A stretch of DNA of 64,000 bases, from positions 126,234,001 to 126,298,000 of the forward strand of contig NW_024704742.1 in NCBI RefSeq assembly GCF_018977255.1, given 5' to 3'. A program made the position numbers and the translations under genes. Of the stretch, positions 51,565 through 64,000 are shown piece by piece. Below the pieces are notes generated by a model, which was not told where the DNA came from, made no database searches, and saw nothing but the letters and a program-made list of their open reading frames with translations. Origin of the DNA: Callorhinchus milii. Lineage: Eukaryota. How positions within the stretch are numbered: the first letter of the stretch is position 1; the number at the start of each line of letters is the position of its first letter.

Positions 51565-54500
51565 ATGATAAGAACATATCAAATGCAAAGATTATTACAC
51601 TATTATTATTATATTTATTCCAGCTGCACCGAATTGATCATACTGTTTTGGCTTTTATTTTTCTTTCCTATCTATCTTTAATGTAGCTGTATGATGTTTA
51701 AATAAACCTTGAAAATGTTTCACTATTGTACTTATTTAAATGTAAATCGGATTTGGCTTACCAAATATCTAATATTAAACTCAACAAACAGGCTGCTTTT
51801 CTAAGTGGACCATATGAGAGTTTGTCACACAACCAAAGGAAATCACACACTGAAAGTATTTTAAGTTTTTAAAATAGAAACCCATCTCTCATGCTTCTTG
51901 GCCTTTTTATATAAGGTTTGAGATATTTATGAGATTCTAAAAATATTGTTAGTGGCATAGAAAACAGAAATTGAGGCAGGATAATTTTTTACCTCTGCTT
52001 CCCATTCATTCTGTACTATCATACACCATAGATCAAGCCAAATGGCTGCTTGTAAAACTTTTCAGTTGCATGTATTGTATGCAGTATAAGAGAGCAACCT
52101 TTAAAGAACATTGAGGTTGTTCATGAGGGATCAGAAAAGGATGATTTTGCTACCTCAATCTTCTTTTCTCCAATGCAGGTCTGTTTATCTCTGTGAGATT
52201 CTTCTCATAATACAGAACCCTAAATATGATGGCACATTTTATTTAATTTTTTTGGTCAGCCCAATGTCTGACACTTGTGGACACCCATCACTATGCTTAA
52301 GAGTATCTAAACTAAACAGAGTTCCATGTATACAACAACAACAAAATTATTTTTGTTTTGCGCCAGGAAGGTGGCGTTTGTCTAGCATTTCTTATGTTCT
52401 TATGTTATGTAGAAAGAAATCACCTAAGTGATACTTCAGTTTCATTTCTCTGTGATCTCCAATGCCACCTGCCCATTTGTAATTTTAAAATACAGTACCT
52501 CACACAATTGTAGCACATGGGATAACGATTGAACTGGTTGTTGGTGGAGTTTTAATTTACAAATTATACAAATATAATTCTTATACGTTTTGTATACAAT
52601 AAAGACCAAATTTGCAGTAAGCTAGTTAAATTGTTTTATGTAATGATTTCTGGAAGAACCGACTGCACCTTCATGTTAGTCTGGCTGTGTCATATAAATA
52701 TTTTGATCTCATGTAATGACCTTCCTTATCGTGAAGGGAACCAATCGCACACAAACAACCACAGAATTATTAGCATAGCTAGAGTTTGAATTAAGCCTAG
52801 ATGCAAAATAAAAATTCCTTTCAACAATTTACATGGCTCCTTTACATACCTGAACAATTCCTCTCTGGACCAATTACAACAAAATCTCTGTACAGTGGAG
52901 AAATGGATTACCAATAAATCAGTTGCTGCATTTTATGATTTTAACACGCCCCTCGCTTTCAGAATTAAATTTGTATAATTATGGTAAATACAAGCCCAAA
53001 TCTAATCGATGAGCCGAATAGACGAATAAAAAAAATGATTCCGTTGAAATCTTTAAACAATAAAGTCACAAATATTCTTAAATTATGAAAACACAATCTT
53101 CATTTCATGCATGTTTTCTCCAAAATAATTTAAATGTCGTACACAAATGCATTTTATTTGCTATCAAACTGAGCACAAAAGTAGTCATTTTAAGTCATTT
53201 AATTTCACTCAGCTAGCAACGTAATGTTCAAATTGTCATTGGTGAGCAAAACAAAAAGCTGAAACGCCTCTTCAATGAAAAGAATCCTAGCTGCAGAAAC
53301 AATTCAAACTAAGGTCACGTCACAACTGGTTTACCTCATCCTTCCCCTTTAATATTTATTATTGTTATAGCAAATCATGTTCTTTGGGAATATCAGTTAG
53401 AAACAAAACCTTTAAAAAGCCCCACCACACCACGAGAAACAGAATTAACCATTAACCACACCTGCAGAAAGTAGTGCAATGTAATAATAATAATAAAATA
53501 ATAATCATTGAGGCTTCTCAAAGCTCTTCACAGAATATATTGTAAAATGACTTGACTGTATTTTGTGGGAGAAACGCAGAAGCCAATTGGGCAGGACAGT
53601 GTCCCACAAACAGCCTTTGGAATGATATGCATCATGAACCCAGCACATTGTGTGATGAGCATAGCATCAAATGAAGACAACTGCTGTCTATTAATGAATT
53701 GACATTATTTGTTTTAATACTTTGCCCTATTTAACAATCACGATGCAATAAACTTCCAGATCAGGACATTTTCATTACTGCATCTTGTTATTCAACAAGT
53801 TATAGTGCACTTGACCCAAGTGTAAAATTGAATTAGAACAGCAGCCAATCATGAGCCTAGCGGTAACAGAAAGCATCCTGGCTCACTACTTACAGTATTT
53901 AATGGGCAAGAAGTCACTAATATCTTTGTTGTGTCCTAGAAGCAAATTTTGATATTTTAAGCATGTTGTATTGAAGTTCACTGATTATAAAGACTGTGGC
54001 AAGGTTTTATTTTGGTCAGCTGAGTGTCGACACATGTGTAAACCCATTACCATGCTTGAGGATTTGAACCAGTCCCAGAAGTCCCCTGCATGCCATGCTG
54101 CCTGTGCATCTGGAATGGAATATGAACCCTGCAATCCTTACAGCTATCATTCAGTAAGCAGGGCCTCGGGTCCAAACAATCGAAAACAAGTCTGCGCTGG
54201 TGTTTTTCTCCACATAAACCACCTAATTTGATACCACTCTCTTTTGCTCAGTCTCCATGTCCTTTAATATTCCTCTTTTCTAGCATCTAATTCCCTTCGA
54301 AAATAATTTACTGACTGCTTCAGTGGAGCCCACAAATGTGCGACAGATTTGCACTTTCTAACAACCCTCTATATCATTTTTTTTCTAACCTCTTTAATTC
54401 TCAGGGGTTGAAAGCAATTAAGATTTCAGAGCACACTAATGTTATAAAGATTGTCACTTCAACCTAGTTTCAGAGAACACAACACAGTATTGAGGACTGA

Positions 54501-55242
54501 GTCAACTGAGTTTGTTACCCTGTAGAATGCATCATATCTGAACAGAAGAGCCCCAATCTAATTTGTGAAAGAATGCAATCTGTGCTAATGGCACTTATGA
54601 AGTTGTCAGAGCTACAAAAGTATAAATGCACAAACATCGCAGAGCTTCTCCCTACTAACCTCTGAGTTGGGTCAGTTTTCCATCGATTGCGAACCATTTA
54701 TGTTACACTCATTTCTTTTCAATCGGCTGTGGGTGGACACTTGAGCTTTTTTTTTATAAAATAGCACTTCCGGGGAGATGGGATTGGTGCACTTGGTTTG
54801 TATATTATCTCAACTGGTTGGCCAAAATCAGCCCAGATCTGTGGGATGAAATTCCTCTCTGTCAGATAGACAGCTAAATGAGAACTTGGAAAATGACCAG
54901 GCACTTATCGGTAAAGGTTAAACTGCTCTGCAGCCTCAGATAATTATGATTATTTGCATTTGCAGTCACTTGCACTTAAAATTGACACATTTTGACAACA
55001 CAACTCAAATTCGATGTTCAGATTTTTGTAAGAAAGTGAATATCCATTAATTGGTGCCAAATATGGAATATCTTGGATAAATTATCACTTTTTTTAACCT
55101 TGCAAGAGACTCTTTATCTATTTCATACCAATCTTATACTAACCTATAAAAACAAATCAACATAAAGATGCGTTTCGCCCACAAAAATATACAATTCTCT
55201 TTACAGTAAATTCTGTGAAGTGCTTTGAGACGTCTCAAAGAT

Positions 55243-56110
55243 AACAAATTGCATTTGTATAGCCTTTCACGTCAGGAGGACGTCATAAGACGCTGGACAG
55301 TCAAGGATCCATACCCAAGCTGGTGGTTGGGATCAGTTGGGGTGGAGGGTGAGGGTATGTGTAGGAGAATGACCAAAGGCACGGTCTTGAGACCAGTCTT
55401 GAAGGAGGCAAGGGAGGGGTGAGGTGGAGGGACTGTGGGGTGGAGTTCCAGAGGTAGGGGCAGAGAGGCTGAAAGGGGCGGGCAAGGTGGGGGACGTGAA
55501 GCAGGCCAGAGCTCGCTGAGGTTGGTAGGGGGTTGGTATGGGGTTAGGAGGTCATAGAGGTATGGAGGAGCAAGGCCGTGGAGGGCTTTGAAGGCGAGGA
55601 CCAGGATCTTAAACTGTATGTGATGAGGAGCCAGTGGAGCTAGGCATGGATGGGGGTAATGGGGTTGTGGAGCCTGATGCAGGAGAGGTCACAGCACCTT
55701 GGGACGTCCTCCCGACGTGAAAGGCGCTCAATAAATGGAATCTTGTTGTTGTTGTTGTTGTTGTTGTCACAGGCTCCAGAGTTCTGGCTGATCTGCAGCC
55801 TGTGGAGGGAGGAGTTGGGGAGGCCAAAAAGCAGGGAGTTTGCGCAGTTGACCCTGGATGTGATGAATCTGTGGATGAGAGTCTTGGCAGCCTGCGGAGA
55901 GAGGCAGTGGCGGAGTCGGGCAATGTCGCAGAGGTGGGGAAAGGCGGAGTTGGTCATGGCACGGAAGTTGAGGATCAAACAGAATGCCAAGGTTCCATAT
56001 TGGCTCCTTGAGGTATAGAGTACATTCTTGGAGGGTGATGTTGTCAGCCCCCGAGGTATGGAGGCGCTAACAGGAGCCAAGCAGGAGGGCCTCAGTCTTG
56101 TTGACATTCA
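55243..56110 (-). mobile_element. L2 family A fragment
   Basis: HLCDIARLRHCLSPQAAKTL; hairpin tail near 55260-55292. Confidence 0.85.
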
Positions 56111-56117
56111 ACAAAGT

Positions 56118-56780
56118 CAACGGGTACTGTTTTGAGGAGAGAGGAGGTCAGAGAGGTCGGGGGGTGCAGGAGTGCAGGGACTTGAATATAAGGGTGAGGA
56201 TCTTGAAATCGATCCTCTCTGGGACAGGCAGCCAGTGCAGTCTGACAAGGACTGGGGTGATCGGGGAGCGGAGTTTCGTGCGGGTGAGAATGCGGGCGGC
56301 AGTTTTGAATGATCTGGATTTTATGGATGGTAGTGGATGGGAAACCGGCGAGGAGGGCGTTAGAATAGTCCAGCCGAGAGGTGACAAAGGCATGGATCAG
56401 TTTCAGCGGCTTTTGGGGAGAGATATTGGTGGAGACGGGCGATGAGTCGGAAATGGAAGAAAGCGGTGCTGGTGAGGGACCGGATGTGGGGGAGGAAGGA
56501 TAATTGGGGGTAGAACCTGATACCTAGGTTGCGTACAGGTTCAGAGAGTTTTAGGGGGAGGTCAGGTAGGTGGAGGAGGTGAGAGCTCGTGAGATTTTAT
56601 GCGCTCTGAGACGCCGTCCTGCACGGAGGTCGCGATATAAATCCAAGTTGTTGTTGTTGATTTTAGACATTGACGAGAGCAAAAGATTATGGCTTCCGTC
56701 TTGTCAACGTTCAGCTGAAGGAAATTTGCGCTCATCCAGCCCCTGAGATCTGACAGGCAGGCTGACAGAACATCAGGCAC
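56118..56780 (-). mobile_element. L2 family B fragment
   Basis: [22 protein letters not shown] and RLHWLPVPERIDFKIL; similar to 28450-29040. Confidence 0.88.
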
Positions 56781-58467
56781 TCTATCAATTGCAAGGATTA
56801 TCATTATTATTATTACTATTACAGGTAAGCCTCCAGCCAGGAAATAAAGTGTTTTTCCGAACTGCTTAAAGAACGTATTTTAGAGATGGCATACTTTCTA
56901 ATACAATTGATTACGCATAACAATTGCATCATCATTCACTCTAAGTATGCAGGTATAACAAAAGATGCAATAACTTAGTGTGTTACAATAAATACCATCT
57001 TACTTTGCTACATTCACCAAATAATTTGCAATAATGCAAAGGTAAATTACCCCCTTCAGTTTTTGTATTTGTTCAAAAATGTGCTAGTTTAAAGCAACAT
57101 TTTAGATATAATCGGAGTATCTTCTAAATCTTTAAGATATATAAAAGGTTGAGGCAGTTATTTAAAAACTGATTTCATAAATGATACTCTCTCTCTCTGA
57201 TTCGTGCTCTTGTTGTTTACACACATCTTCACTTGCAAATACTTGAATACAAACTGGCAGAATTAACTCAGTAATCAGGGAGATTACACAGTAACAAATA
57301 TAAATACAGGGAAACTGCAGTGGTTGCTTAATTACATTTTACAGTAGCCTGATTTTCTATCACCCAGAACATCAGTTAGGTTGTCACAATTGGTCTCAGT
57401 TTCCCTGGATACTGTCACCTGGAAAATGGAAAAAAAAAATTAATCAAGGTTCCAGCTTCAGATCACTGCCTAAAACCACCTTCTGGAAAATGCATATGTG
57501 TGAAAATCAGGTGAAGTCACAACTGCAGCAAACAGTAGTGGCTCAACCAGGAATAATAGCCACTTCAGTGATGTATTATTGCCTCTGAATATAATTGCCC
57601 CATAAGGAGTCAAATACAAAAGCGAAGAAAACTGATAGTGAGAGTGAAACAAAAATCACTTGTTTTCTAAGGGGATTGGGGTGCCCTTTGTTTTTCTCCC
57701 TGAATAAATCCATTTGAAATGCATAATCTGCTCCCATCTGCTTTCCAAATTAAATTAACAATACCATGATTATAAATTTCCACCATTTACATTTGTAAAC
57801 CAAGAGTAATAAAAAAATCTATTAAAAAGCAACAACTTGCATCACTGTAGATGTTTGATAAAACCTTCAATTCATTAAGCTACACAAATTTCAGTGTTCT
57901 CAAATGTCAAATACTTCAGGGAATTTTTAAATGAAACTCCCCAATAAACCAATTCAAGATTACTGCACAATAAACCAAAATTTAAAAAAATACAATAGTA
58001 TGACATGAAAATTGACAAAGAAAAAGTCAAAGATTTTTAAAAACTATGTAAATCACATCAATTCAACTGGCTTTCTGTAAATAGAGGTAAGATTGTCCAA
58101 TGTTTTATATTGATTGGTTAGAATAACACAATAAACCCATTGATCAAATGGGCTTCAGTGCTGAAAAATTCTATGATTTTTCATAAAGCTTCCAATCTTC
58201 ATTTCATTATTTATTTCTCGATTAAGGATACATATTATCATTTCTAAGAATCCACTTTATATTTAAGAATGCACCCAATTAATATTTTAATTGAAAATTT
58301 AACTTCCATTTCCTAACTTTAGTTGTAGAAAGAGAAAATCTATAATGATTGCTCAACAGAATGCAACCAGTATAAAAATTGAAACCCTATTTGATAATGA
58401 GACCGGTTTGCAGGTTGTCAGAAAAGTTAATAGTAATGATTTCATAGACGAGAGGTAGGCAAGCTTT

Positions 58468-58835
58468 AATTATAATAATCCTCGCATTTCCATACAGTGC
58501 CTTATCACTTCTTCAAGATGCTTCACAAAATATACTGTAAAGTGAATTGACTGTATATTTTATCGCGAAACGTGGCATCCAATTGCACAGCAATGTTCCA
58601 CAAACAGTCGTGGATTGAGTGAACAAATTATTATTGTTTTATTATTTGGGGGTGGGGGGAGAGGGATTATTACCCCCGGAAAAGCGATCCGCCAATTGAC
58701 TAACAACAGGGTTCCTTCTAGGTAAACAGACGCATGTGGAGTAAAGAAACTTGCCCAACATTTCGTCCTGCAGGGAATTGAACCCAAGTCTCTCGCTTGC
58801 GATGCAAATGCTCTAACCACTGAGCTACAGGACTC
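58468..58835 (-). mobile_element. Deu-SINE (long form)
   Basis: Full tRNA head, internal block and tail. Confidence 0.87.
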
Positions 58836-59513
58836 CACAATTCCAGGGATAGGAGCTTCAATTAAAAAACCTTATATCCTTCCATCTGTCCCATGCATCG
58901 AATGCTAAACCCACCCAGGATTAATAACTTGAACACTGATACACTTACCAAGCTTCTACAAAAAGATCCTTCAGTTAAACTTAAAAACAACCTTGTGTTT
59001 CACCCAGTCACAGTCACGACACTTTACACTATATTCTGTAAACCGCTTTGAGATGTTCCAACATGTGAGAAGTAAAGCGCAGTACTGTTGATGTGAAATG
59101 TGTGAAAGCAAAATATATTAAAGCTTAATCGGTTATTCTCATCAAGATAAGCTTCATCTTTCTCAACTGGGCTAATAGGTGAATACCCCAAAACAAAGTC
59201 TTCACCAATAGCGAAGGAGAAAGATTAATTTTAACTGAACCTCGTGCCTTTGATGAAATATAAATTGTAAGTATAAATTATTAAATTATAGAAATAAATT
59301 CTAAACAGAAATTATAGAACAGTTGATCTTTCAAAAATAATTGGCTTTCAACCAAGAAAAAGTAATATATCCAGATTACAATAAAATACAAATGTACATT
59401 TATATAGCGCTTTTCACGTCAGAAGGATATCTCAAGGCACCCAACACTCCTGGTTTGGCACCCGAGCTGAGGGTAATGGCCAAAAATGTGCAGTTACAAT
59501 TCTCATTTTAGAA

Positions 59514-59519
59514 TTTATT
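59514..59519 (-). promoter_or_regulatory. Candidate MRPS30 polyadenylation signal (AATAAA)
   Basis: AATAAA on the minus strand ~140 nt after the stop codon. No transcript evidence. Confidence 0.35.
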
Positions 59520-59657
59520 TTAAGCATCTTATAATGAACATTTTTTATAAAATATCAGGTACTTTGATATAGGTTATACAGATATATTGCTGTTCACAAA
59601 GATTTAAGGACATGTTAGATGTAAAATGTCTTTCAGTTACAATAATGTTGCCAGTGC

Positions 59658-59953
59658 TCAGGTTTCATTTACAATTTGCTTCACTTTCACTAATCCTGGT
59701 CTATTAAGTAAAAAACGAACAAGCAAGCTTAGAACCTCATCATTGAATCCCTTGATATCATCTTCTTCAACAGCCTCATACAGCCGCATACTCTCTGTTC
59801 CCCAACAAATATTTTTGCGATGATTATTCTGGTCAGCCTTAACAGTCAAACCCAAAGTGTTCAATTGATAACAAAAGAATGAGAAATAGATTCCGTCTGT
59901 GACTACAGCTTGCGAAACAAACGGTCGAGTCACATCCGCTTCACTCCAGAATC
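59658..59953 (-). CDS. MRPS30: MRPS30 last coding exon
   Basis: gtccttttAG|GATTCTGG. Encodes (G)[33 protein letters not shown]...KNICWGT...KGFNDEVL...NRP...NET*, with TGA at 59660-59658. In frame with the previous exon. Confidence 0.97.
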
Positions 59954-60282
59954 CTAAAAGGACAAAAATAAGTTAAATGATAACATCTGAAAGATTTTAG
60001 CTTCACATTCAGCATTCAGTAATTTAAATTAATGGATTGAAATGGAAGCTCAACAAGTAATTGTATACAATAATCCGGTTTGCTGTTATTTTTGTTGTTT
60101 GTGTCTCCGTATTGATAACCATACACCACAGCCTTTGTTACATAAATAAATACTGTGCTTGTGTAAGATTTGCTTTACTGGTAAAAAAAAATACCAATTT
60201 TGCCTGATATTTAAATATTTTGTACCAGAGTTTCTGTCTTAAACCAAAGTTAGACAAACTTTTAAACTTGTCAAACTTCATG

Positions 60283-60415
60283 GAGTCCTGTAGCTCAGTG
60301 GTTAGAGACTCGCTTTGCAAGCGAGAGACCCGAGTTCAATTCCAGGCAGAGGGCGAAACCTTAGGCAAGTTTCCTTACTCCACACAGAGCCTAATAATAA
60401 TCCCTCCAAAAAAAC
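60283..60415 (+). mobile_element. Deu-SINE 5' half in an MRPS30 intron
   Basis: tRNA head through aataatccctccaaaa only. Confidence 0.85.
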
Positions 60416-61360
60416 TAGCTCATGTTTCTATCACAAAGACTGTGGTACCGTCATTAAAGGGATACAACAAAATGACAGTGAACTTCGGAAAAATCAAAAG
60501 GATTAAATATAAACACGTTAGTTTACAAGATTCAATTAAGATAATATAAAGGATTTAGAATGATTTTACGTACAGGAAGAAAATTGCAGCGGCATGCAAA
60601 GCAGCGTTCAAAAATTACTTTATAAAGGAATTAGATAAATAGCTTGAAAAAGAGGGATGCAAAAGAGAATGGTGTGTGATCAGAACAGCAAAAATTGATT
60701 AGATAGCTCATGTGAACAAAGATACTAGTTTAGTCCTGATGGGCAAAATGACATGTTTCTATGTTGGTAACATTCTATTAAATTTCTTGTACAGTACTGC
60801 AGTGGCACTGTTGAATTCTCTTCAGTGGCTGAATTAAAGAAAATTACTACATCTGACAGACACTGAATAGTCTACTGTTGAAGATCAAATTGCACTTCTG
60901 GCAATACATGAACAGCACAAAGTCAAGGGCAGTACGAGAAAAAATTAGAAATGACAAAAGAAATGAACCAAAATTAGTGACTAACCAGAATGCAAATGGA
61001 GAAGGTGACAAAAGGAAATTAGAATGAGGAAAGAATAAATAGAAAGACAGAAAGGGCACATTTCTCTCCTCCAAATTCAACCCAAAAACTTTCCAATTTC
61101 AGTAGTTGTACTGAATAGTTTTAAATACAGTCCTTGAACACTAACTATATCAGTTCACGTGTAAATTTACCAAAACCTAAGCAAATTTTAGAGATTTGAG
61201 TTAGAGGCAACAATTTACAATAGTGTAAATTTTGGAAATTTTAGATGCCATAAAAACCCTTTTTTACCAGCAAATTGACATTTTAATTGTTTTCATTCAA
61301 GCAAAGAGATTATTGTGGACTATGCTCCATTATGTATGTTCTACATTCTCTCAATCTAAC

Positions 61361-61537
61361 CTTGATATGCAGCCTGTGCTCCAGTCCAAGCAAACAGGCT
61401 AGCAATGCCATTGGCTCGCAAACGGACTTCAATCTGGTCAGCCAGGTTGGCTTTTATCAGTCTTTCTCGTCTCAATATTTCAGAAGCAAAGTGAAACTGG
61501 GTGTGTCCATAGCAGCAAGGATCAGCAACTTTTGAAC
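61361..61537 (-). CDS. MRPS30: MRPS30 penultimate coding exon
   Basis: ctccttAG|GTTCAAAA...TATCAAG|GTtaga. The 177 nt (phase 1-1) encode [16 protein letters not shown]...[20 protein letters not shown], a characteristic MRPS30 sequence. Confidence 0.97.
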
Positions 61538-61786
61538 CTAAGGAGTAAAAAATAAGGACATAAAACATATTACTGTTGAACTAAATGATAATGTACAGGC
61601 TACATTAAAGACCCGAAAACGGACATTGCCTATAATACCGTCAAAAATACTATTGTGGACAACGTGCAAAGTTGCGCATTTATTCATAAAGACACTAATG
61701 CTAACTACGGATTATTAACTACCTCACATGCACTTTCAGATGTACAAATAGTGTCTTTTGGCCGATACCAAGAGTAATTATTTATA

Positions 61787-61947
61787 CAGTAAACCTCACA
61801 AGTTGTATCAATTGGGACCATACATTTAATATGACTTATGCAAAGTATATGTTATGTCAAACTTGGATAGAATATAAACTCTTGAATGGGACTTGGGCAG
61901 ATGTACGACTTTGATTTATACAGATCATACTTGTGTGAGTTTTACTG
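61787..61947. mobile_element. Tigger/pogo-like MITE in an MRPS30 intron
   Basis: TA|CAGTAAACCTCACAAGT ... ACTTGTGTGAGTTTTACTG|T terminal inverted repeats. Confidence 0.6.
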
Positions 61948-62352
61948 TTAGATATATTATATACAGAGAGAAAGATAGAAAGTTAGATAAACAGAAAGAG
62001 AATGAGAGAAAAACACACCCGAAAATAGATTAACGATATAATTCTTGATGGAACAATCCTTAATCCTTGCCGTAGCTAATTTGTCTTTTGTATGATGCCC
62101 AATTATCCACATTGTTTGTTTACCCAAAGGGGCTAGTCGCAATTTTTGCAGATAATTGGCTCTTTACTGTATTCAATTCAGAATTCTGTACACCACCTTC
62201 CCCTTAATAAATATCTGCAATTGTGCTATGGTGCTGTACTGCAAGAGTTCTGTAAAATATTCAGTTTTATTTTCTTCATGAAAGGATGTACATTTAAATA
62301 TGGAAAATCAATAAATCAATAATATAGCAGTTTGAGATTCTTATTCTCCTAC

Positions 62353-62458
62353 CTATGAAAATGTTATTGTTATACTGCCGTTGAAACAATGGAAGCCGGT
62401 CTGGTTCAAGGTGAATGACAGGAACCTCTTGAGAGACAGAATCTTCTAGGGGCATAAA
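62353..62458 (-). CDS. MRPS30: Mitochondrial ribosomal protein S30 (mL65/PDCD9), antepenultimate coding exon
   Basis: tttttttcAG|TTTATG...TTCATAG|GTagga. The 106 nt encode FMPLEDSVSQEVPVIHLEPDRLPLFQRQYNNNIFI(G), matching the MRPS30 segment 'PDKLPLFKRQYENHIFVG' as I recall it. Phase 0 to phase 1. Confidence 0.95.
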
Positions 62459-62874
62459 CTGAAAAAAATGAGAATAATGAGCTTTATTATTAATAAATAA
62501 ACAAACAAGCAAGGCACATTTCAAATTAGCATTTCAGAACTCAATAATGCACACCACTTTAAAAGTCAATTAAACATTTGATATTAACCATCTAGTTATC
62601 CCAGTGTACACAAAGGCTTAAGGGATAGAAATCTTCAAAGATGAAAGATTTTTTTTCCAGAAGGCAATAATTTGTATGTTCATATTTTATTGCTCAACAG
62701 AGGATAATTCTGTTATAACCTAGTTATGTAGGTCCAATATCTCAAACCCATATTATGAGGAGGCACAATAGCATTTTTGGTGCCCAGGAAATAACACCAG
62801 TAACGCTTTCTGTAGCTAGTCTTCAGAAAGCAACTTCAACAGCAACCTGACAACCCAGAAGATAATAATGAATA

Positions 62875-63181
62875 ATAGAATAATAATCCTTGCATTTGAT
62901 ATAGCGCTTTCGCATCTTCTAGACGTTTCAAAGCACGTCACAGAATATACTGTAAATTGAATTGACTGTATATTTTGTGTGCGAAACACAACAGCCAATT
63001 GCACACAGCAGTGGCCCACAAACAATCGTGGATTGAATGACCAAATTCTTATTTATTTCCTTTTTTGAAGGGATTATTATCCCCGGAAAAACGATCCACA
63101 AATCAACTACCATCCAGGTTCCTACTTACTGCTAGGTAAGCAGAGGCATGTGGAGTAAGGAGCCCAATGTTTTGCCCTGCC
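62875..63181 (-). mobile_element. Deu-SINE (long form, 5'-truncated) in an MRPS30 intron
   Basis: Tail, Deu core and internal block. Further partial copies at ~7660-7960(+), 11175-11410(-), 16530-16698(+) and 49735-50025(+). Confidence 0.82.
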
Positions 63182-63796
63182 AAAAATAGCACTTTTCACA
63201 CAAGGACGTCTCAAAAATCTTCACAGGATTTGCTGCAAAGTGTAGTGACTATGTATTTTGTAGGTAACCATAGTGGCCAATTTCACACAGCAATGTCCTA
63301 CAAATCGCCATTAACCAAAGAACATGCAAACTACACAGAAAATTAAACATTCATATAAAAAACTCACAAGAACATGAGACGAAAGGTTCATCTATCTTAT
63401 GCTCTTGTGCAGATACCAAATGTTAAAACAAGTCACGAATAGATGTGTTGATTTAGAACTAAGATACACAATATTGGAGTCATTATTTCTTAAAATAAAC
63501 ATATTCTGAAGGCTGCCCAAACAAATTAAAACTGGTCAGCTAACATGGCACATTTTCAGCAGAACTTTGAGCAGGTTACACTCCATCTCCTCAGCAACCC
63601 CTTCAAAGCATGGTCGAGATTAACAAACAGAAGAAACTGTGATGTTTACAACTGCTTCCATTTCCCTTACTGGTTATTAATTTGTTCTAACATTTACAGT
63701 TCCTGAAGAAAGCTTCATGAAAGCATCATCATATTAACAATTAAATATGGGCATCACTAACCATTGCCCAGAAATTGTTTATTATGGTTGGAACCC

Positions 63797-63960
63797 AAAC
63801 AACAACAACAACATTTCATTTATAGAGCGCCTTTCACGTCGGGAGGACGTACCAAGGCGCAGGACCCGAGCAGTGAGGAAATGGTCAGGGTGAGGGGAGG
63901 GAAGGGAGGGAGCGAGGAGGGGGTAGAGTCGAGAGGGGAGCTGAAGGCACGGTTGAAGAG
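63797..63960 (-). mobile_element. L2 family A 3' end
   Basis: (ACA)n tail, hairpin gcgcctttcacgtcgggaggacgt and one 3' UTR repeat unit. Confidence 0.85.
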
Positions 63961-64000
63961 AATTGTTACACCTCAATTATAGTTTCTCACTGTAATTTTG

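Larger units (their letters stand above)
73..54611 (-). pseudogene. Putative decayed multi-exon protein-coding gene of unknown identity downstream of MRPS30
   Basis: AG/GT-bounded minus-strand blocks at 52850-52887, 52154-52219, 49412-49691, ~47991-48110, 45510-45740, 37471-37873, 11935-12133, 7444-7563, 4174-4285, 1872-1975 and 167-203 (stop), then AATAAA at 78-73. Several junctions are phase-compatible and several blocks carry in-frame stops. Confidence 0.45.

Overview
Eukaryotic, repeat-rich vertebrate genomic DNA. The repeat content (L2 and CR1 LINEs, Deu-domain SINEs, Penelope-like elements) points to a cartilaginous fish, plausibly a chimaera; that assignment is inference. The only gene I recognise is MRPS30: its last three coding exons lie on the minus strand at 59658-62458, with canonical and phase-consistent splice sites. 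Downstream of it, on the same strand, is a chain of exon-like blocks (~54.6 kb to ~0.1 kb) that I cannot name. Several of its splice phases match, but it carries in-frame stops and SINE insertions, so it is probably a large decayed multi-exon gene. The rest is mostly 5'-truncated L2 LINEs of two families, tRNA(Ala)-headed Deu-SINEs with L2-type tails, older AmnSINE/SacSINE-like Deu-SINEs and CR1 fragments. Single elements include a solo LTR, a non-autonomous Helitron, Tigger-like MITEs, a U2 snRNA 5' fragment and a Penelope element. The most unusual structure is a 91-bp inverted repeat inside the Penelope terminal region that carries a minimal hammerhead-ribozyme core in both orientations. Most ORFs in the supplied track are fragments or shadows of repeats. 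Repeat boundaries are approximate. No CRISPR array, rRNA or bona fide tRNA gene was found.
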